Part shown: piece by piece, positions 58,376 through 64,000 of the stretch
Position numbering within the stretch: position 1 is the first letter of the stretch
How the letters are laid out: the number at the start of each line of letters is the position of its first letter
From: Gemmatales bacterium
Lineage (GTDB): Bacteria > Planctomycetota > Planctomycetia > Gemmatales > HRBIN36
NCBI GenBank assembly: GCA_041640595.1
Contig: JBEPZY010000001.1
Span: forward strand, 1,184,001 to 1,248,000
DNA length: 64,000 bases
Reading direction: 5' to 3'
Position numbers and translations under genes: made by a program
The notes under the pieces: model-generated
The model's database searches: none
Seen by the model: only the letters and a program-made list of their open reading frames with translations
Told to the model about the DNA's origin: nothing

Positions 58376-59626
58376 TCAGTCTTCCAGCGCAAAATCGAAA
58401 ACGTTTTTCTTGCCAGGCTCGACGGTAACCTCCAGAGGCGTGGTCTTGACACTGGCGTACTTCTTGGGCAACAGGTTCACAGACGTTCCATCTTCTCGTT
58501 CGCGAGTCAACTGAATGGTCACCTTGTATTTACCCGGAGCAGCGCCATCCCAGGCCTCATAGGTGCTCAGCCGGTACTGGCCGCCAGCATCCACCATGGC
58601 ATCCGCCCGGGGATTCGATTGCGGTTCCACCGGCATGAACGTCACGAACGCTCCCGGCACAACTTCGCCGCGGTAAGTCACTTTGCCCTCTACAGGCGTG
58701 GTCGGAACCATCTTACGCTTCGACCCTGGCTCGAAAGTATCCGGTACCTGCAAGTTTTCAGTGTATATGCCGTCCAGGAGAATATTGCACAGCACCGGGC
58801 CGTTTTTCTTCATGGTCACCCAAACCACGTGGTCAAACTCCCCGTAATCCACCCCGCGAAGCTTGCTGACACCGCCAGTCGTCGCCAGCTGATAATAAAT
58901 GCGGCCATGACGCACAAATCGCCGATAGCGGTGAATGTGGCCGGCAAAGACAGTGTAGGGCCGATCCTGGAGCAACCGCTCAAACTCCAGCCAGCCGGTC
59001 TCGGCTACTTTCGAGGAAGTCCACAGCGGCCGATGCAGGAAAATCAGCGTCCAGCGCACTCGCGGATTCGCTTTCAGCACCCGCTCGAAATACGCGATTT
59101 GCTCCTGCGAGATGTGCCCTTCTTGCGTTTTCGGCGGATCGTCCGAATTCACCATCAAAAAGAGCACGTCCTGATACACAAAGTGATAATACGGTTGCGA
59201 AAATTTTTCCTTCCACATTCGTTCCTGCACCGGGTTGGCATAATCATGGTTGCCCGGCACATAAAAGAACGGCATTTGCAACCGTGCGATGAAACTGTTG
59301 AATTCCTGCCATTCCTGCTCCAACTTCTTCACGTCTTCCGTGTAGCCTTCGATCAAGTCGCCTACCGAAACCACAAAGGCCGGCTGCAACAGATTCAGAT
59401 ATTCCACGGCGCGGGAGAAAATCTTGGCGCGGTGCCCGCCGGTACGATCGCTGACAATGGCGAAAGTGAATTCTTCGTCGCTGCGATTGATTCGCAAATG
59501 ATTCCACGGATTACGCTCGCGCACTTCGATCTGCAACGCCGGACGCAACGGTGCCTGGCCGATACTCCAGGCCACCAGTCCGGCAAAGATCCCCGTCACC
59601 AGCAGCAGGCAAGTCAGCCGCTTCAT
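58376..59626 (-). CDS. Secreted calcineurin-like metallophosphoesterase with C-terminal carboxypeptidase-regulatory-like domain
   Basis: 'SD', 'GDLI', 'GNHD', 'H.P', 'GHIH'; C-terminal 'VEGKVTY.G', 'GA.PGKYKVT', 'P.KY'. Confidence 0.9.
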   Translation of the reverse strand: MKRLTCLLLVTGIFAGLVAWSIGQAPLRPALQIEVRERNPWNHLRINRSDEEFTFAIVSDRTGGHRAKIFSRAVEYLNLLQPAFVVSVGDLIEGYTEDVKKLEQEWQEFNSFIARLQMPFFYVPGNHDYANPVQERMWKEKFSQPYYHFVYQDVLFLMVNSDDPPKTQEGHISQEQIAYFERVLKANPRVRWTLIFLHRPLWTSSKVAETGWLEFERLLQDRPYTVFAGHIHRYRRFVRHGRIYYQLATTGGVSKLRGVDYGEFDHVVWVTMKKNGPVLCNILLDGIYTENLQVPDTFEPGSKRKMVPTTPVEGKVTYRGEVVPGAFVTFMPVEPQSNPRADAMVDAGGQYRLSTYEAWDGAAPGKYKVTIQLTREREDGTSVNLLPKKYASVKTTPLEVTVEPGKKNVFDFALED

Positions 59627-60098
59627 CACCGTTCTCCTTCTGACCAAGAATGCTACAGCACGCTCACGGTTCCAGCGCAGTTCCAAGCCACATTGTAGGA
59701 TTCGCCTCCCTGGAATACAGTGCCATACCCGCCATCAATGCTGTAAATTTATGGTAAAAGTTCGGTTAGCCACTACCAGAGCAAGCGAGCCACACCGCCA
59801 TACTTCTGACGCAAAAAAGCCTCGGCGGTCGTCTCAACGTTCTGACTATCCAGGCTGTCCAGGTCGGTGACGGTTGGCTACGTAAAAAACGCCCCCCGGC
59901 GAAAGATTGAGCAGTCGCGCTGATACCCAGTCGCTGGCTGTGCGTTCGTACTGCTGGTGCAGCAGGGGCATCACCAGAGCCAACTATTGAGAGCGATAAC
60001 CAAGCATGCTGCTGCAAAAAAACGAATTCCCGTGCGCAAGACGCAGTGGCACACAACCTGTCGTCTGTACTATTAGAAAAATTGATTGTACGGTGCAC

Positions 60099-60126
60099 TT
60101 GCCATTAGCAATTTCAATGATATGAT
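60099..60126 (+). promoter_or_regulatory. Possible sigma70 promoter with overlapping T-N11-A LysR box
   Basis: TTGCCA, 16 bp, TATGAT preceded by TG; CATT-N9-AATG dyad in the spacer. Confidence 0.4.
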
Positions 60127-60135
60127 GCAAAAGCC

Positions 60136-61104
60136 ATGCATTTGGAGACCCTGAAAATATACTGCGACGTAGCTCGCTACCGCAGCTTCTCCCGAGCCGC
60201 GGCGGCCAACGATATCACGCAGTCGGCCGTCTCGCAGATGATTGCGCAACTGGAAAGACGGCTGAATGTGCAGCTGATTGACCGCTCCAGCCGGCCGTTG
60301 CAGCTGACTCCTGCCGGCCGGATTTTCTACGATGGCTGCCGCGACTTATTGCAGCGCTTCCAGGAACTGCAACGCTCGCTGGTCAGTGGTCTGCAGCATT
60401 TGCAGTTGCCAGTGCGACTGGCAGCTATTTATTCGGTAGGTCTGCGGGACATGGGGCAATATGTGGAGCGATTTCGCCGCATGGAGCCTCGCGCCAACGT
60501 GCAGATCGAATATCTCCATCCCGACCAGGTTTATCAGCGTGTGCTCGACGGCACCGCGGATTTAGGTCTGGTTTCCTTCCCCAAATCCAGCCGCAAATTG
60601 CTGGCCGTGCCCTGGCGTGAAGAAGAAATGGTGGTGGTCTGCCCGCCGCAGCATCCCTGGAGTCGCCGGGGGCACATCCGCGTCCGCGAACTGCGAGGTC
60701 AGCCTTACGTCCATTTTGAGCAAGGACTGGTCATTCGCCGGCAGGTGGATCGGTTTCTACGCCACCACGGGGCCCCTGTTCAGGTGGTTATGGAATTCGA
60801 CAACATCGAGAACATTAAAAAAGCCGTCGAGGCTGGCGCCGGAGTTGCTCTGCTCCCGGAACCGACAGTGGCGCGAGAAGTCGAAGCCGGCACGCTTATT
60901 GCTCTCCCCTTAGCCGATGCCGTGTTCGTGCGACCTCTGGGAATCATTTACCGGCGCAGCCCCCGCTTGAGTTTAGCTGCCCAGCGCTTTCTCGACGTGC
61001 TGCGCCAACCCGAAGAACTGAACGGTCAAGGCGGCGCCGTCGCGTCATGGACGCGGTCGCAGCGAAAACGTAGCCGTGCCGCCGCCAAAACTGCCGTCGG
61101 CTAA
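60136..61104 (+). CDS. LysR-family transcriptional regulator upstream of gltB
   Basis: 'SFSRAA....ITQSAVSQ.I.QLE..L...LIDR', 'LT.AG', substrate-binding domain. Confidence 0.96.
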   Translation: MHLETLKIYCDVARYRSFSRAAAANDITQSAVSQMIAQLERRLNVQLIDRSSRPLQLTPAGRIFYDGCRDLLQRFQELQRSLVSGLQHLQLPVRLAAIYSVGLRDMGQYVERFRRMEPRANVQIEYLHPDQVYQRVLDGTADLGLVSFPKSSRKLLAVPWREEEMVVVCPPQHPWSRRGHIRVRELRGQPYVHFEQGLVIRRQVDRFLRHHGAPVQVVMEFDNIENIKKAVEAGAGVALLPEPTVAREVEAGTLIALPLADAVFVRPLGIIYRRSPRLSLAAQRFLDVLRQPEELNGQGGAVASWTRSQRKRSRAAAKTAVG

Positions 61105-61321
61105 CGCGCGTCCGTCTTCAGCCGACAGCCCTCCAGTCGTACTTCTTCCCGACTCCCAGCGCTCTGAACAAGGCCAGCATCACCAACGGCTGGCAGCGCA
61201 ATATGCAGCGAGAAACTTATCGCTCTCCCTCTGCAGAACCGCGTAACGGTCGCCCAAACGCAAAAGCAGCTTCCTTGCATCAGCAACCAGAACCAGCAGC
61301 TTTACATCTGAGGGGTATTCC

Positions 61322-64000
61322 ATGACGCAAAACGAGCAGGTGGCTTGGGGACAACCCCGCGGACTCTATGACCCCTGGTACGAGCACGATGCCTGCGGCG
61401 TGGGCTTTATAGTGGACATGAAAAATCGCCGCTCCCACGACCTCGTGCAAAAAGCCATCCAGATTCTGCTCAATCTGGAACACCGCGGGGCTTGCGGTTG
61501 TGAGGAAAACACCGGCGACGGTGCTGGTATCCTCTTGCAAATGCCCCATCGTTTCTTAGCCCGCGTCGCTGATGAAATTGGCATTCGTTTGCCGTCCCCT
61601 GGCCAGTACGGTGTGGGTATGGTTTTCCTGCCCACGCACCGTCAGGAACGCCTCACTATCGAACGCCAATTTGAAACCATCGTCCGTGAGGAAGGGCAAC
61701 ACCTGCTGGGCTGGCGCACCGTGCCCACGGACAACTCTCCTTTAGGCGAAACCGCTAAGTCCTGCCAGCCGGTTATTCGTCAGGTCTTTATTCAGCGCGG
61801 CGAAGGTTTTGCCGATGAAATGGCTTTTGAACGCAAGCTCTTCGTGATCCGCAAACGCATCGAAAACTGGGTGCGCCAGTCTAACCTGACTCAAAAACAC
61901 ATGTTCTATATCCCCAGTTTGTCTTATCGAACCATCGTGTACAAAGGTATGCTCAAAGCGAGCCAGCTCACCACGTTCTATCCCGACCTGCTCGATCCGG
62001 ATATGGAAACCGCCCTGGCTATGGTGCACTCCCGTTTCAGCACTAACACCTTCCCCAGCTGGTCTCGGGCCCACCCTTATCGCTATCTATGTCACAACGG
62101 CGAAATTAATACTCTGCGGGGTAACGTTAACTGGATGCACGCCCGGCAAACGCTGTTCGCCTCGCCCTTATTTGGCGAGGACATCAAGAAAGTGCTACCG
62201 GTTATTGACGAAACTGGCAGCGATTCTGCCATGTTCGATAACGCCTTGGAAATGTTAGTGTTAGGAGGACGTTCCCTGCCCCACGCTGTGATGATGATGA
62301 TCCCCGAACCGTGGAGTAAACACGAGAGCATGAGTCCCACCAAGCGGGCTTTTTACGAATACCATGCCTGCTTGATGGAACCCTGGGACGGGCCAGCTTC
62401 CATCGCTTTTACCGACGGCACACAGATCGGCGCTGTCTTGGATCGCAACGGTCTTAGACCGTCGCGATATTACGTGTTGAAAGATGACCTGGTGGTAATG
62501 GCGTCGGAAGTGGGCGTCCTGGATGTGCCGCCGGAACGCGTAGCTTTCAAGGGACGGTTACAACCCGGCCGAATGCTTCTTGTGGACCTTAACGAGGGAC
62601 GGCTTATTCCCGATGAGGAGCTCAAAGAAAAGATCGCCCGCGAAAAACCCTACGCTGACTGGCTCCGCCAGTATTTAGTGCCCATCCATCGCTTGCCGAC
62701 TCCCGAATCGCAATTTGCCGATCCTTCTGCGCAACGCTGGCCTTCTAAGTCTGGCAACGGCCAGACGCTATCCGGTAATGGACAGGCTGATACTAAGCAA
62801 ACCACACTCGGACACGCTGAGTTTAGCGATTCATCCGAGAAGGAATTGCGTACCTTACAGCAGGCTTTCGGTTACACTTTAGAGGATCTGCGCCTCATCA
62901 TGGCACCCATGGCACAAGATGGCGTGGAGCCTGTTGGTTCTATGGGGACCGATACTCCCCTGGCTGTCCTCTCGAATAAGCCGCAACTCCTGTATAACTA
63001 CTTCAAACAACTCTTCGCCCAGGTAACTAATCCGCCTATAGATGCCATCCGTGAGGAGTTGATCGTTAGCGAAGAAACCACCATCGGCGCGGAAGGCAAT
63101 TTATTAGACCCCCAGCCGGAATCCTGCCGCCAGATCAAGTTGCCAATTCCCATCCTCACTGAGGAGGAACTCGAAAGACTAAAGGCCCTGGATGGCTCCA
63201 ATCCCTGGCGATTTAAATCGCGGACCCTCTCTATACTGTTCCGCGCTGACGAACAAACGGAGGGTTTGCGTCGGGCGTTAGAGCGACTTTGCCAGGAGGC
63301 GGATCAAGCCCTGGCCGATGGTTGCGACATCTTGATACTTTCGGATCGCGGCGTCTGCCGGGAGTGGGCGCCTATTCCTGCCCTGTTAGCCACAGCTGCC
63401 GTGCATCATCACTTGATCCGACAGGGTACGCGTACCCGTTGCGGCCTGGTAGTCGAAAGCGGCGAACCCCGCGAAGTGCACCATTTTTCTCTTCTAATCG
63501 GTTACGGCGCCGGGGGCATCTGTCCCTACCTTGCTTATGCGACCATTCGCCAGATGATACGCGAAGGTTTGCTTGCCAATATCGAGGAAAAGAAAGCCAT
63601 CCACAACTATATCAAGGCGGTAGTCAAAGGCGTGGTCAAGGTCATGTCCAAGATGGGCATTTCGACCATCCAGAGCTACCGCGGTGCCCAGATTTTCGAG
63701 GCTATCGGTCTGGGCAAGGAAGTTATAGATCGTTATTTCACCTGGACTGCCTCGCGGATTGGTGGCATTGGATTAGATATTATAGCCAGGGAGAGCTTGG
63801 CCCGTCACCGCAAGGCCTATCCAGAACGCCTGATCAACGGACACGTTCTTGATCCTGGCGGCCAATATCAGTACCGCAAAGATGGAGAGTTTCACCTTTT
63901 CAACCCGGAAACGGTACACAAGCTGCAGTACGCAGTGCGCACCGGCGACTATAAAGCGTTCAAGGAGTATAGTGCACTGATTGATAATCAGGAAAAAAAC
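61322..64000 (+). CDS. gltB: Glutamate synthase large subunit, 5' part; runs off the window edge
   Basis: Not in the ORF track; from ATG 61322: 'EHDACGVGF', 'HRGA', 'GDGAG', '[12 protein letters not shown]', '[11 protein letters not shown]', 'EPWDGPA', 'QVTNPPID', 'MSKMGIST'. Confidence 0.98.
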   Translation, partial: MTQNEQVAWGQPRGLYDPWYEHDACGVGFIVDMKNRRSHDLVQKAIQILLNLEHRGACGCEENTGDGAGILLQMPHRFLARVADEIGIRLPSPGQYGVGMVFLPTHRQERLTIERQFETIVREEGQHLLGWRTVPTDNSPLGETAKSCQPVIRQVFIQRGEGFADEMAFERKLFVIRKRIENWVRQSNLTQKHMFYIPSLSYRTIVYKGMLKASQLTTFYPDLLDPDMETALAMVHSRFSTNTFPSWSRAHPYRYLCHNGEINTLRGNVNWMHARQTLFASPLFGEDIKKVLPVIDETGSDSAMFDNALEMLVLGGRSLPHAVMMMIPEPWSKHESMSPTKRAFYEYHACLMEPWDGPASIAFTDGTQIGAVLDRNGLRPSRYYVLKDDLVVMASEVGVLDVPPERVAFKGRLQPGRMLLVDLNEGRLIPDEELKEKIAREKPYADWLRQYLVPIHRLPTPESQFADPSAQRWPSKSGNGQTLSGNGQADTKQTTLGHAEFSDSSEKELRTLQQAFGYTLEDLRLIMAPMAQDGVEPVGSMGTDTPLAVLSNKPQLLYNYFKQLFAQVTNPPIDAIREELIVSEETTIGAEGNLLDPQPESCRQIKLPIPILTEEELERLKALDGSNPWRFKSRTLSILFRADEQTEGLRRALERLCQEADQALADGCDILILSDRGVCREWAPIPALLATAAVHHHLIRQGTRTRCGLVVESGEPREVHHFSLLIGYGAGGICPYLAYATIRQMIREGLLANIEEKKAIHNYIKAVVKGVVKVMSKMGISTIQSYRGAQIFEAIGLGKEVIDRYFTWTASRIGGIGLDIIARESLARHRKAYPERLINGHVLDPGGQYQYRKDGEFHLFNPETVHKLQYAVRTGDYKAFKEYSALIDNQEKN

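Noticed and set aside
59809..59902. ACG.AAAAAA...C.GGCG similarity at 71-bp spacing
   Set aside because: Driven mainly by an A-run; weak

Overview
A GC-rich bacterial chromosomal segment whose gene content looks planctomycete-like (probably Gemmatales; inferred from lineage-typical hypothetical proteins and ECF-sigma/Ser-Thr-kinase remnants). Housekeeping blocks: wzm and an acetyltransferase, an Rrf2-sufBCDSUT Fe-S operon, nfi, ltaE, aroC, a wza-like exporter, a histidine kinase/sigma-54 regulator pair, an LPS cluster (lpxK, hldE, waaF, two LPS-kinase genes, one fused to a GT4), dnaK, pheA, znuA/znuC-like genes, cinA, asd, trpA, a LysR regulator and the 5' part of gltB. Accessory blocks: a degenerate IS5-family element (3967-5082), a DUF6978/DUF1828-like pair plus an orphan DNA methyltransferase and pseudogene debris (37.4-41.2 kb), and an orphan-ORF island bracketed by 74-bp and ~71-bp tandem arrays (47.6-52.2 kb). 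The most unusual signal is a recurring 'repeat-spacer-repeat' scar at nine unrelated sites: ~26-38 bp of local sequence is imperfectly duplicated around a ~31-42 bp insert (one site shows only a 13-bp duplication). Periods cluster at 65-68 bp and 73-75 bp. This is the geometry of a CRISPR repeat+spacer unit built from ordinary host sequence, and no cas genes lie in the window. Also notable: five phased DtxR/MntR-type operator boxes before an outer-membrane barrel gene and a consensus sigma-54 promoter upstream of dnaK. All family assignments come from motif recognition by eye; no searches were run.
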